This document shows positions 10,384 to 20,410 of a stretch of 64,000 bases of DNA, piece after piece. The notes under the pieces are model-generated. The model was not told the origin of the DNA, ran no database searches, and saw nothing but the letters and a program-made list of their open reading frames with translations. Location of the stretch: positions 1,141 to 65,140 of the forward strand of contig JBEBVG010000002.1 in assembly GCA_040392845.1 (NCBI GenBank), written 5' to 3'. Each line of letters starts with the position of its first letter. The first letter of the stretch is position 1. The DNA comes from Sphingobacterium sp. Its GTDB lineage: Bacteria > Bacteroidota > Bacteroidia > Sphingobacteriales > Sphingobacteriaceae. The translations under genes were made by a program, and so were the position numbers.

Positions 10384-10398
10384 AGATATTAAGATATT

Positions 10399-11700
10399 AT
10401 GGAAATCAGTTACAGCAAATCGAATGAGATGCTCCAACGGGCGAAGAAAGTATTAGCTTCAGGAGTCTCGTCCGAGTTTAGAAAATACAACCATCCTCAT
10501 GCCATCTTTTATACACATGGTGTAGGAAGCAGGATATATGATGTGGACGGCAACGAGTACCTGGATTTCACATTGAGCCAGGGACCTTTGATCTTGGGAC
10601 ACTCCCATCCGGAGGTGTTGAAGGCTGTACATACATATACCGATTTGGGGCAAATATTTGCAGGGCAACATATCAAGGAGATAGAACTTGCAGAAAAACT
10701 TAATCAGATTATTCCATCGGCAGCATTGATACGTTTTTGTCTGGATGGTTCAGAGGCTGTGCATACGGCCTTTCGGATTGCCCGTGCGAAAACGGGAAGA
10801 CAAAAATTTTTGCGTTTTGAAGGACATTATCACGGTTGGTTAGATAATGTTTGTTGGGGGAATTCAGCTCCATCTGCAGAAGCATTGGGAAGTCGGGAGA
10901 ACCCGGCAGTATTTCCCTGGTCTGAAGGGTTGTCCCTTAACTCGAAAGATGACTCCATCGTGCTCCCTTGGAATGATCTGGATCTGGTAAAGAAAACATT
11001 GGCAGAAAAACACAAAGATATAGCGGCGATCATCACCGAACCAATCATGTGCAACAATGGTTGTATACCACCTAAAGAAGGGTTTTTGCAAGGGCTTAGA
11101 GATCTGGCTGATCAGTACGGTATTGCATTGATCTTTGATGAGGTTATTACTGGCTTTCGTTTAGGGCTTGGTGGTGCACAGTCTCATTTTGGCGTGACAC
11201 CGGATCTGTCCATCTTTGCCAAAGCTATGGGCTCGGGATATCCCATTAGTGCGATAGTGGGAAAACGGGAATGGATGGAAGGTGTAGAACAGGGAAAGGT
11301 AATCCACGCCGGGACGATGAATTCGTGCAACCCTACCGTAGCTGCGGCTCTGGCTACGATACAAGTATTGGAAAGAGAAAAGCCTTATGAACGTATGTTT
11401 TATCTCGGCAAGAAGCTTATGGATGGTATTCGGCAGGTGGCGGAAAAATATAACCAGAATCTTTTGGTTCAGGGATTGGGGCCGATGTTCAATGTGAGTT
11501 TTACCGATCTGGATTCAATTGAAGATTTCAGAGATACTTTTCAGACAGATAAGGCTAAATTGGGTAGGTTTGTTGCTGCTCTGCATAATCGCAAAATCCG
11601 TGTGATCGGACGAGGTTTGTGGTATATCAGCACCGCACATAAGGAGGAAGATGTAGACTACGCCATTGGCAAGGTGGAGGAGGTTTTAGGAGATTTCTAA
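10399..11700 (+). CDS. Class III aminotransferase (glutamate-1-semialdehyde aminomutase-like fold)
   Basis: DVDGNEYLD, GSEA, FEGHYHG, IFDEVITGFR, FAKAMGSG (PLP Lys), HAGT. Context suggests it is not the housekeeping hemL. Confidence 0.85.
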   Translation: MEISYSKSNEMLQRAKKVLASGVSSEFRKYNHPHAIFYTHGVGSRIYDVDGNEYLDFTLSQGPLILGHSHPEVLKAVHTYTDLGQIFAGQHIKEIELAEKLNQIIPSAALIRFCLDGSEAVHTAFRIARAKTGRQKFLRFEGHYHGWLDNVCWGNSAPSAEALGSRENPAVFPWSEGLSLNSKDDSIVLPWNDLDLVKKTLAEKHKDIAAIITEPIMCNNGCIPPKEGFLQGLRDLADQYGIALIFDEVITGFRLGLGGAQSHFGVTPDLSIFAKAMGSGYPISAIVGKREWMEGVEQGKVIHAGTMNSCNPTVAAALATIQVLEREKPYERMFYLGKKLMDGIRQVAEKYNQNLLVQGLGPMFNVSFTDLDSIEDFRDTFQTDKAKLGRFVAALHNRKIRVIGRGLWYISTAHKEEDVDYAIGKVEEVLGDF

Positions 11701-11720
11701 GGCATTCTAAATATTTCTAC

Positions 11721-11743
11721 AACGTTTATAAGCCTTTCTTGTT
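11721..11743 (+). promoter_or_regulatory. AAC-N17-GTT motif (candidate ECF-sigma promoter) upstream of mscS
   Basis: AACgtttataagcctttcttGTT, ending 11 nt before the ATG. Same motif occurs at 14095, 16374, 16488 and 21566. Confidence 0.5.
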
Positions 11744-11754
11744 CATTAGTATAG

Positions 11755-13956
11755 ATGAATAATAAGGGTACAAAATCTTACTTTAGATCAATTTGGATCA
11801 TATGCTTATGCGTTGCAACTGTATGTTTTGTAAAAAAAGCCGATGGACAGCAACAAGACTCGATTGCCCAACAGGATAAAGGTTCGAATGTTGCAGATGG
11901 AAATCCAGTACAACACTGGCAAGCTGTTGTTGATCAATGGTCCAGTGAGCTCGATAGCGTCAAACGGCGGTTGTCATGGGAACGCAACCCAACGGATACT
12001 ATCCGGGTTGATAGTGTACTAACATTTCTAAAAACAAAAAAAGAAGAAATAACAACGCTGGAAAAATCTATGCAAACAGCAAAAGTAAACCTGATAGCTT
12101 ATTCAAAAAAACCTTCACCTCTTGATACAACAGGTATTCTGGACGTATCGATCAATGATTCAACGCGGCTACAGTTTGGCAAAATACAGGATACAATTGA
12201 ACGCATCGAAAGCAGCTTAAAGCTATTGATGGATGATATTGTATATCTTGAATCGTCGACATTACGACAACGTGAAGAATTGATTGCATTGCAAGATACC
12301 AGTATATTGGGATTTACTGATCCTGTGCGTTTAGGTAAAACGGTGCGAAAAAATCTGGTCAAAGATGGGTCTACAGTGGCTTATTTTGACTACCCATCGT
12401 GGAATGGGCGTATTTTTTTGATTTTGTGTAGTCTCCTTTATTTCTATTGGATGTACAGATTGGGACGGAAATCTCGTTATGAAGAAGAGGACCTCCGTTT
12501 GCACAAGAATGAACCACTGTGGATTCCTGCGCTGAAATGTGGTATTTTTTTTCTGGTTCTCTTACCTTTTACCTCTCTCTCTGTACCTGTCTGGGTATTG
12601 GAAGCCAGCTATTTTTTTATCTTTATTTTCCTTTATATCATTCTATATCCTGAATTATCCCCTTTAAAGCGCAAAGCGCTCGGCCTTATTTTTATCTACT
12701 ATGTCGCGTTAGTACTTGCAAATCTTCTATTGTCAGAAATAGTATGGAGCCGGGCTGCTGCAATAGTCGTTAATGTAGCAGGTGTGGTATTATTGTGGAT
12801 CATGGGAAGGAAGACAGATGTGGAAAATCCTGTGGGTTATATACCACGTTATGCCCGTTGGGCGCTCATTATAAGTAATATTTTGTCCATCGTATTAAAT
12901 AGCATGGGATTTCTCGCTATGGCCCGGATATGGAATCTGGTCGGGGGTATTGGTTTGTTGCAGGCGATGTCGTTGCGTGCTTTCCGTGATATGTTATTAC
13001 ATGATATTGAAAATCAATACCAGCGTGCCAGAGAAGGCTCTTCGATTAAACGGTTTGATCTTAAACGTCTCCTGAATAGTTTTGACCGTCTGATTTATAT
13101 ATGCTGTGCAATTTTGATTGCCGTGGTACTATTGAATAATCTTCATCTGATGAGGGAGGCCAAGACAATAATGGATCGTATTTTGACTACTGCGCATAAG
13201 ATTGGCGGTGTAACATTTACTTACGGTAATTTGCTATTGGCCGTGGCCATTATCTGGCTGGCAAATTGGTTGCAAACAAACTTGAAAAACCTGTTAGCAA
13301 CTCCTTCTAATAACGAGTTGCAGGCACAGAAGACGACGCTTTTTCCTTTATTCCGGGTGATTATTTTTGTGATCGGCTTTCTAGTTGCTATCAGCATATT
13401 GGGACTGGGAATGGATAAACTTACAGTAATCGTAGGTGCACTCAGTGTGGGAATTGGTCTGGGGCTACAGAATATCATTAGTAATTTTGTGTCAGGTGTT
13501 ATACTTGTCTTTGAGAATCCATTCAAGATCGGTGACTATGTAGAACTTGCCGATAAGAAAGGACAGGTAATGCAGATAGGTATCCGCTCCAGTACGTTGC
13601 TGACAGATCAGGGAGCACGTGTTATCATCCCAAATGGAGATCTTTTATCGGGAAGATTAGTAAACTGGACTTTCTCTGATGCAGATATCAGGCTGAACAT
13701 GCAATTGACTGTCGATAATCTAACCACAATTGACGAGTTTAAGAAATGGGTAAAAAGAAAGCTTTCTTCTTATGAAGAAGTGGATCGGGCTATCCCACTT
13801 AAGGTGTGGACAAAGGATATTACCGCAGAAGCGTACCAGATTTCCATTCAGGTGGGAATACGTCATGTACAATATATTGAACGCTTCCGAAGTCGGTTTT
13901 TGGAAGAGATCAAGGGTGAGTGGCAGGAGAAACAGGTTAAGATAACATCCAGTTAA
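11755..13956 (+). CDS. Large MscS-family mechanosensitive channel with periplasmic coiled-coil N-terminus
   Basis: Signal peptide, many TM helices, GALSVGIGLGLQNIISNFVSG...ENPFKIGD...IGIRS...IIPN MscS core. Confidence 0.9.
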   Translation: MNNKGTKSYFRSIWIICLCVATVCFVKKADGQQQDSIAQQDKGSNVADGNPVQHWQAVVDQWSSELDSVKRRLSWERNPTDTIRVDSVLTFLKTKKEEITTLEKSMQTAKVNLIAYSKKPSPLDTTGILDVSINDSTRLQFGKIQDTIERIESSLKLLMDDIVYLESSTLRQREELIALQDTSILGFTDPVRLGKTVRKNLVKDGSTVAYFDYPSWNGRIFLILCSLLYFYWMYRLGRKSRYEEEDLRLHKNEPLWIPALKCGIFFLVLLPFTSLSVPVWVLEASYFFIFIFLYIILYPELSPLKRKALGLIFIYYVALVLANLLLSEIVWSRAAAIVVNVAGVVLLWIMGRKTDVENPVGYIPRYARWALIISNILSIVLNSMGFLAMARIWNLVGGIGLLQAMSLRAFRDMLLHDIENQYQRAREGSSIKRFDLKRLLNSFDRLIYICCAILIAVVLLNNLHLMREAKTIMDRILTTAHKIGGVTFTYGNLLLAVAIIWLANWLQTNLKNLLATPSNNELQAQKTTLFPLFRVIIFVIGFLVAISILGLGMDKLTVIVGALSVGIGLGLQNIISNFVSGVILVFENPFKIGDYVELADKKGQVMQIGIRSSTLLTDQGARVIIPNGDLLSGRLVNWTFSDADIRLNMQLTVDNLTTIDEFKKWVKRKLSSYEEVDRAIPLKVWTKDITAEAYQISIQVGIRHVQYIERFRSRFLEEIKGEWQEKQVKITSS

Positions 13957-14094
13957 ATCGCTGGATGCAATTATTTAGTTTCTCCTCTTTTTCTAAATCT
14001 GTTGATTAAATAGATGACGACGATGATAAATAAAAAACCGAATAAGATGGATAAAAACATAACAATATTTTAAAGTGAATAAGTACAGATAATG

Positions 14095-14117
14095 AACATA
14101 GGGCACACAAAAAAGTT
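14095..14117 (+). promoter_or_regulatory. AAC-N17-GTT motif upstream of the FAD/Rieske gene
   Basis: AACatagggcacacaaaaaaGTT, ~49 nt before ATG 14167. Confidence 0.45.
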
Positions 14118-14166
14118 CACTTCAGACTAGATTCAATGTACATCTTTGAAATAAAATGTAAATAAT

Positions 14167-15684
14167 ATGAAGAGAGATGGTCAAAAAATAAGTGTTTGGC
14201 AAGACACCGTCCAAGCTATCCCTTATCCAAAAGGTCAAGGTTTATATTATGATGTGATAATAATAGGCTGTGGTATCACTGGACTGTCAGCAGCATTACG
14301 GTTACAAAAAAAGGGAAAACGCTGTTTAATCTTAGATGCACATACTGTTGGTTTTGGAACCACAGGGGGAACTTCGGCGCATTTGAATGCAGTCCTGGAC
14401 ACACCTTATTCCGAAATTATAAATAAACATGGTCGGGAAAAGGCAATGCTTGTTGCGCAGTCTACAAGAGAGGCTATTGCCGAAATTGTAAGGAATATTC
14501 ACGATTATCAAATCTCTTGCGATTATATGCCATATGATGGATTCATGTACGCCCAGACGGAGGAGGAAGGTGAAGAACTAGATAAGATTAAAGACGCCAT
14601 TATTGCTGTCGGTCTTCATGCTTCGGATGTTACTTCTATTCCGGTTCCATTTGATATAGCAAAGGCAATCACATTTGGAGGACAAGCAAGTTTCCACCCG
14701 ACAAAGTACATCATGGGATTACTGCAAGCTTATGTAAATTTAGGAGGACATATCCAGGAGTATGCCTTGGTGCAGGATGTGACCGAAACTCAAGAGGATA
14801 AGTTAGAGGTCAAAACGGCAGAAGGGCAAATGTGGGTTGCGCAAACGGTCGTTTATGCTACGCATACTCCTCCGGGTATCCAGTTGATGAATTTCCGGTT
14901 AGCACCTTATCGTAGCTACATTCAGGTTTTTGAATTGGAAAATGAAAGCCATTGTCCCGATGGGCTTGTCTACGACATGCAAGACCCATTTCACTATTTT
15001 AGAACTGTATTTATCGCGGACAAGCCTTATTTGATGGTAGGTGGCCAGGACCACAAGACTGCTCATCATGAAAATGAAAAATTCAATTTCCTTGAGCTCG
15101 AAGCTTTTGTGAATAAGCATTACGCGGTTAAGCAAAAGGGATATGAATGGTCTTCTCAATATTATGAGAGTCAGGATAGTCTTCCTTTTATAGGTGTGTA
15201 TCCGGGGAAAAGACACCAGCGCGAGTTTATAGCAACAGGGTTTGGAGGAAACGGGATGATATTTGGGACCTTGTCCTCTATCATTCTTGCAGATCTTATT
15301 ATAGAGGGTGAAAATCAATATAAAGAACTTTACTCGCCAGGAAGGTTTGGGCCATTATCTGCTATAGGGGATCTATTGGTAGAAAATATTGACGTAGTCA
15401 AACACTTTATTAAGGATCGTTTTGGCTTGGAAAAAATAGAAAGTATAGCTGAAATAGGAAACGATGAGGGAAGAATATTGGAGTATCAAGGTGACACGAT
15501 AGGAATTTATAAAGATCCCGTCGGAAAGTTGTTTTTAATAGACCCAGTGTGTCGACATGCGGGGTGCATAGTAAAATGGAATAATGCAGAACATAGCTGG
15601 GACTGTCCTTGTCACGGTGCCCGCTATGCCGCCAATGGTGATCTTCTTAACGGTCCTGCGGTTGCTGCACTTAGAAAATGGTGA
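14167..15684 (+). CDS. FAD-dependent oxidoreductase (DAO family) with C-terminal Rieske [2Fe-2S] domain, YhfW-like
   Basis: IIGCGITG FAD motif, GTTGGTSAH, ATGFGGNG, CRHAGC and WDCPCHG Rieske motifs. Confidence 0.9.
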   Translation: MKRDGQKISVWQDTVQAIPYPKGQGLYYDVIIIGCGITGLSAALRLQKKGKRCLILDAHTVGFGTTGGTSAHLNAVLDTPYSEIINKHGREKAMLVAQSTREAIAEIVRNIHDYQISCDYMPYDGFMYAQTEEEGEELDKIKDAIIAVGLHASDVTSIPVPFDIAKAITFGGQASFHPTKYIMGLLQAYVNLGGHIQEYALVQDVTETQEDKLEVKTAEGQMWVAQTVVYATHTPPGIQLMNFRLAPYRSYIQVFELENESHCPDGLVYDMQDPFHYFRTVFIADKPYLMVGGQDHKTAHHENEKFNFLELEAFVNKHYAVKQKGYEWSSQYYESQDSLPFIGVYPGKRHQREFIATGFGGNGMIFGTLSSIILADLIIEGENQYKELYSPGRFGPLSAIGDLLVENIDVVKHFIKDRFGLEKIESIAEIGNDEGRILEYQGDTIGIYKDPVGKLFLIDPVCRHAGCIVKWNNAEHSWDCPCHGARYAANGDLLNGPAVAALRKW

Positions 15685-15687
15685 TTA

Positions 15688-16344
15688 TTATTTACCAGTT
15701 TCCATATGCGGACTGTCTACGGGTTTTGATTCAGGAGATCCTTTTTGTCTGAGGAAGATTGTCAGTATAACAATGGATGCTACAGATAAAAATTCACTCT
15801 GCCAATTTTGGAATGTTTCAAACCAAAACTGAGGCTCTGCCAAAAATTTTCCCACGCCAATAGGAGCCTTACCTTTTAGCAGATTCTCCTCGGAGAAACT
15901 TCTATAGCTTCCGTATAAATGTCCAATCCACGATAAAATAAAAAGAATAGCAAAAGCAATCGAGAGAGAATTTTGATAGAGACGTAAACGCCAGCCCCCC
16001 TTCTTTACACAAATAGGTGCATCTCGGTGGGGCACCGGAGTGCGATCTACTTCTTCTGCTTTATCTAAACTTTTTGATTCGGCAGATCCAATTTGACGCA
16101 GGGATATAGTAAGGACGACATATAATGCCATTTGTAAAAACTCACTTTGAAAGTTTTCAAAGGTGGCTGCGATAAAATGTCCGCTTTTTAGATAAGCTGT
16201 CAAAGAAATATACTTGCCTGTTTCTTCTTGATATTCGTCTAATCTCTCTTGCCAGCCAAAATATATCTGGGCGGCTAATGCTAATACAAAAAGTGTTAAG
16301 AACACTATCGATAGACTGTTTCTGAAAAAGAAGCTCTTCTTCAT
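15688..16344 (-). CDS. DUF6766-like membrane protein with internal duplication
   Basis: Two repeats of NSLSI...F(E/Q)N(F/W)QSEFL...LRQ.GS.ESK. Confidence 0.7.
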   Translation of the reverse strand: MKKSFFFRNSLSIVFLTLFVLALAAQIYFGWQERLDEYQEETGKYISLTAYLKSGHFIAATFENFQSEFLQMALYVVLTISLRQIGSAESKSLDKAEEVDRTPVPHRDAPICVKKGGWRLRLYQNSLSIAFAILFILSWIGHLYGSYRSFSEENLLKGKAPIGVGKFLAEPQFWFETFQNWQSEFLSVASIVILTIFLRQKGSPESKPVDSPHMETGK

Positions 16345-16373
16345 ATTTTCTTTATATATATGTGTTGATTAAG

Positions 16374-16396
16374 AACCCTCGTTGAAAGCCAAAGTT
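16374..16396 (-). promoter_or_regulatory. AAC-N17-GTT motif upstream of the DUF6766 gene
   Basis: Minus strand AACtttggctttcaacgaggGTT, ~29 nt before the ATG. Confidence 0.45.
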
Positions 16397-16487
16397 TTTA
16401 TTGATAAGATTTTCAGTATTAAATAAAGTAGTTATTCCATAAGAGATGGATTATATGAGTATAAATACGGATATTTTTAAACGCTTC

Positions 16488-16511
16488 AACTAATCAAGTC
16501 CGCTCCTTGTT
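16488..16511 (+). promoter_or_regulatory. AAC-N18-GTT motif upstream of DUF4142-ligD
   Basis: AACtaatcaagtccgctccttGTT, ~46 nt before ATG 16558. Confidence 0.45.
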
Positions 16512-16557
16512 TTACCAGAATATACGAATGAGGTTAATTTATTTATAATGATATAAT

Positions 16558-17133
16558 ATGAAAACGTATTTGAAAGTGTGTGTCGTAATTCTAGGAATTA
16601 TCACACTGCAGTCTTTTATCCAACAGACTGCGGAACAGGATTTTATAACCAAATCGGTGGTGTCTAACCGTTTTGAAATAGCTATGGCTGAGCAAGCAAT
16701 TGAAAAATCAGATAATGTGGCAACGAAAGCTTACGCGCGGGATCTGGTTGCTGACCATCAGAAAATCCTTGCAGAATTGGAGGCCTATGCGCAATCAAAA
16801 GGGCTGAATGTTCCTCAAGAGATAGATAGGGAACACCAAAGTAAACTAGAATCATTAGCAGTGCTTGACAAAGGCAGGTATGATCAGCTTTTCCAGGAAA
16901 CAGCAATAGCTTCACATGAAAAATCTATCGCTCTTTATGAGCGTGCAGGTACAGATAATATGACCGAAGACGATGATTTCCGAACATGGATAACCGATAG
17001 ATTGCCTTCTTTAAGATCACATTTAGCTAAAGCTAAAGCTTTATTAAATACTAATGGGAATAATAAAGAAACGATGCCCAAGATAATGCCCAAGGGAAAG
17101 GATACCATGATTAATAATTCAGAAACTTTGTAA
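16558..17133 (+). CDS. DUF4142 ferritin-like exported protein
   Basis: Signal peptide; EIAMAEQA, YARDLVADH, HEKSIALY, LPSLRSHL pattern. Confidence 0.75.
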   Translation: MKTYLKVCVVILGIITLQSFIQQTAEQDFITKSVVSNRFEIAMAEQAIEKSDNVATKAYARDLVADHQKILAELEAYAQSKGLNVPQEIDREHQSKLESLAVLDKGRYDQLFQETAIASHEKSIALYERAGTDNMTEDDDFRTWITDRLPSLRSHLAKAKALLNTNGNNKETMPKIMPKGKDTMINNSETL

Positions 17134-17162
17134 ACTGTAAGATGTTACCTTAATAAAGGAAC

Positions 17163-19601
17163 ATGGGAAAACTTGTAGATTATAAAAAGAAAAGGGCTTT
17201 TGACAAAACGCCGGAGCCTTCAGGGAAGATTCCGGCGAAAAAATCTCAAAAATTGCGATTTGTTGTTCAAAGACACCACGCAAGTCGTCTTCATTATGAC
17301 TTTCGGTTGGAATTGAACGGTGTCCTAAAAAGCTGGGCTGTTCCGAAGGGTCCGTCTTTATATCCGAAAGATAAAAGATTGGCGATGCAGGTCGAGGATC
17401 ACCCTATAGACTATGCCGGCTTTGAAGGAACCATTCCTAAGGGTAACTATGGAGCTGGTGTAGTAACGATTTTCGATTCGGGGTACTACGATTTTGTGGA
17501 TTGCAAAGATACTACCGAGTTTGCTAGAAACCTGAATAAGGGTTCGCTCAAATTTAAACTTCATGGTCACATATTAAAAGGAGAATTTGCCTTGGTACGT
17601 ATGAAGGGTGATGATGAAAAGTCTTGGTTACTTATCAAACACAACGATCGGTATGCTACAGATGTACCCTTCGATAGCGAAACTAAAGTCAATACCGATA
17701 TTAAACAAGCGGGGATAGATTTCAAACAAGCCAAGAAAGAAAAGAATCCCTTACCTAAAATACCTAAACCAATGTTGACAAAACTCGTGGATAATCTCCC
17801 TCAGGGAGATGATTGGATTTATGAGAAGAAGTATGACGGTTTCAGGATTATAGCTGTCGGTGATGAGGAAGGTATTCATCTATATTCCCGTAATGGGAAA
17901 ACTATGAATAGCTTATTCCCGTCGGTGGTTGGAGAACTAAGTTCATTGGATAGAACGATGGTATTGGATGGTGAAGTCGTGATCGAAGATGAAAAAGAAA
18001 AGGCTTATTTTCAGCTTCTGGCAAGTGGTGAACCTCTTCCAGGTTCTCTACGTCTACGTTATTATGTGTTTGATCTTTTGCAGCTACAAGGAGAAGATCT
18101 TACAACATATACTTTTAAAGAACGAAGAGAATTGCTTACCCTCTTCCTGAAGAAGATAAAGAAAAAGGAGATTATTCATATAAGCCAACAGCTCAGCGGC
18201 TCTCTTGAGACAATTCAAAAAAAAGCAGAAACACATCGATGGGAAGGAATAATTGCAAAATCAAAGGAAAGTATCTACCAGGAGGGTAAAAGAAGCAGCT
18301 TGTGGATGAAGTTCAAACTACGGCAAAGCCAGGAGGCCATTATTTGTGGCTATACTAAACCTCAAGGTGGTCGTTCTTATTTTGGTGCATTAGTCTTAGG
18401 TTTTTATAGTGACAATGTGCTACGTTATATCGGAAATTGCGGCACTGGTTTCAACGAACAAATTTTAGCAGATCTCTATCAACGGATGGAAAAGTTGAAA
18501 ACATCGGTAAAGCCGTTTGATAAACATACAGTTATAGCTAAGGAAAAAGATGTTATCTGGATAGAGCCTGATCTTGTGTGTGAGGTGTATTTTTTGGAGT
18601 GGACAAAAGATAATCACTTGCGTCATCCTGTTTTTAAAGGAATACGAGATGACAAGGAGCCACAGGAGATTGAAAAGGAAAATGTTATGAAAGAAGAGAA
18701 GAATGAAGATACGATAACCTTGGGCCGTAAAGAGGTGCAGCTTACTAACTTAAATAAGATATACTGGCCGGAGGAAGGTTATGTAAAGGGGCAGATGATC
18801 GCTTATTATGAGCATATGGAGTCGTATATTCTCCCTTATTTGAAAAACAAGCCTATTTCTTTACACCGGTTTCCAAATGGTATTGATAAGGAAGGTTTCT
18901 TTCAAAAAGATGTGGATACAGACAAGATACCATCCTGGATCAAAACCAAAGCAATTTACTCGGAAAGCACGGACAAAGATGTCGATTATATTATTTGTAA
19001 TGATAAAGCGACACTTCTATATATTGCTAACCTGGGTTCTATTGAGATCAATCCTTGGCTTTCTACTTATCAAAAACCAGAACATCCAGAATTCGCTGTC
19101 TTGGATCTCGATCCAAATGGAGCCGACTTTCAGGAAGTCATCGAAGTGGCCCAAACGGCACATACCATCTTTGAACAAGCGGACATCAAATCGTTTCTCA
19201 AAACATCTGGATCCACCGGGTTACACATTTATGTGTATGTAAAGCAAAAATATACATTCGACACGGTAAGAGACTTTGTACAATGGGTCGCGCAGCTGGT
19301 ACATGAAAGTCATCCTGAAACCACTAGTTTGATACGTGATCCTAAAAAAAGGAAAGGACTGATTTATTTAGACTTTCTTCAGAACCGTCGGGGTCAGACC
19401 GTCGTTGCACCCTATTCCCTACGTCCGAAAGCTAAGGCTACAGCAAGTACACCATTATTTTGGGAGGAACTCACACCCAAGCTTCGTTTAGAGGATTATA
19501 CCATTAAAACCATATTTCAACGTGTAGAAAAGAAAGAAGATCCTTGGAGCGAGATCTGGAATAGCCCTACCGACATTAAAGCCGCACTTGCTAAATTTTA
19601 A
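17163..19601 (+). CDS. ligD: DNA ligase D (phosphoesterase-ligase-polymerase), NHEJ
   Basis: PE domain: FVVQRHHASRLHYDFRLE. Ligase: EKKYDGFR, EGIIAK, LRHPVF. POL: LTNLNKIYWP, DLDP, KTSGSTGLH, DFLQN, APYSLR. Confidence 0.97.
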   Translation: MGKLVDYKKKRAFDKTPEPSGKIPAKKSQKLRFVVQRHHASRLHYDFRLELNGVLKSWAVPKGPSLYPKDKRLAMQVEDHPIDYAGFEGTIPKGNYGAGVVTIFDSGYYDFVDCKDTTEFARNLNKGSLKFKLHGHILKGEFALVRMKGDDEKSWLLIKHNDRYATDVPFDSETKVNTDIKQAGIDFKQAKKEKNPLPKIPKPMLTKLVDNLPQGDDWIYEKKYDGFRIIAVGDEEGIHLYSRNGKTMNSLFPSVVGELSSLDRTMVLDGEVVIEDEKEKAYFQLLASGEPLPGSLRLRYYVFDLLQLQGEDLTTYTFKERRELLTLFLKKIKKKEIIHISQQLSGSLETIQKKAETHRWEGIIAKSKESIYQEGKRSSLWMKFKLRQSQEAIICGYTKPQGGRSYFGALVLGFYSDNVLRYIGNCGTGFNEQILADLYQRMEKLKTSVKPFDKHTVIAKEKDVIWIEPDLVCEVYFLEWTKDNHLRHPVFKGIRDDKEPQEIEKENVMKEEKNEDTITLGRKEVQLTNLNKIYWPEEGYVKGQMIAYYEHMESYILPYLKNKPISLHRFPNGIDKEGFFQKDVDTDKIPSWIKTKAIYSESTDKDVDYIICNDKATLLYIANLGSIEINPWLSTYQKPEHPEFAVLDLDPNGADFQEVIEVAQTAHTIFEQADIKSFLKTSGSTGLHIYVYVKQKYTFDTVRDFVQWVAQLVHESHPETTSLIRDPKKRKGLIYLDFLQNRRGQTVVAPYSLRPKAKATASTPLFWEELTPKLRLEDYTIKTIFQRVEKKEDPWSEIWNSPTDIKAALAKF

Positions 19602-19608
19602 ATAAGGC

Positions 19609-20364
19609 TTATGCCAGACTAGCTTTTAGTTTTTCTAATAGATCGGTGGATTTCGTGTGCTCGACATTGATCTTACGTATAGAAGCCCTTTTCCCTTTCG
19701 CTTTCTGCTTAATGATTTTCAGCAGCTCTTTGGTATACTCATTTCTATATTGAGATATGTCAAAATGTTTATTATGCTGCTTGATAAGCTGCAAAGCCAT
19801 GTCCATCTCCTCTTTTTTAAGACGTACACTGTCTGGCAGCTTTAGATCATCTGTGGACCGGATCTCCTCCTCAAACCGAAGCTTATTCAGCACCAAAAGG
19901 TTGTTATAAGATTTAACAACAGCTAGATTTTCTATATTACGCATGACAAATGATCCCAGTCCAGCAGTTTTACTTTTTTCCAATGCCTTAAGAAGGAGTT
20001 GATATGCTTTTTCACCCCCCTTCTGAGGCTCCAGATAATAGGGTGTATCGAAGTAAATACTGTCAATCTCTTCAATTTTCACAAAAGAATGAAGATTTAT
20101 CATTTTGTTTTTTTCGGGGCTTGCTTCTTCAAAATCTGATTCTTCCAAAACGATATACCGATCCTGCAGAAGGTACCCTTTGACAATATTATCCCAGCTG
20201 ACTTCCTTTCCCGTATTTTCGTTCACTCTTTTATACTTGATATTTGCCTTATCTTTTCGGTCTAACATATCCAAATCGAGTGAGCTGCTTTGTATTGCGC
20301 TATAAATTTTGATGGGAATGTTAACCAATCCAAATCCGATCGACCCTGTCCAGATTGCTCGCAT
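19609..20364 (-). CDS. ku: Ku protein (NHEJ end-binding)
   Basis: MRAIWTGSIGFGLVNIPIKIY, YFDTPYYLEP, DLLEKLKASL; convergent with ligD. Confidence 0.97.
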   Translation of the reverse strand: MRAIWTGSIGFGLVNIPIKIYSAIQSSSLDLDMLDRKDKANIKYKRVNENTGKEVSWDNIVKGYLLQDRYIVLEESDFEEASPEKNKMINLHSFVKIEEIDSIYFDTPYYLEPQKGGEKAYQLLLKALEKSKTAGLGSFVMRNIENLAVVKSYNNLLVLNKLRFEEEIRSTDDLKLPDSVRLKKEEMDMALQLIKQHNKHFDISQYRNEYTKELLKIIKQKAKGKRASIRKINVEHTKSTDLLEKLKASLA

Positions 20365-20410
20365 AATATGTCGATTTTATGATTTATAAATGAATAAGTT
20401 TCATGCGTAG

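Noticed and set aside
10399-11700. Calling the aminotransferase hemL
   Set aside because: The fold matches, but it lacks the typical GGVNSPVR and SGTEA motifs (has SGVSSEFR and DGSEA) and sits in a catabolic operon.
11684-11712. Possible Fur box before mscS
   Set aside because: Only a half-site (ATTCTAAAT) or about 12/19 match; too weak.
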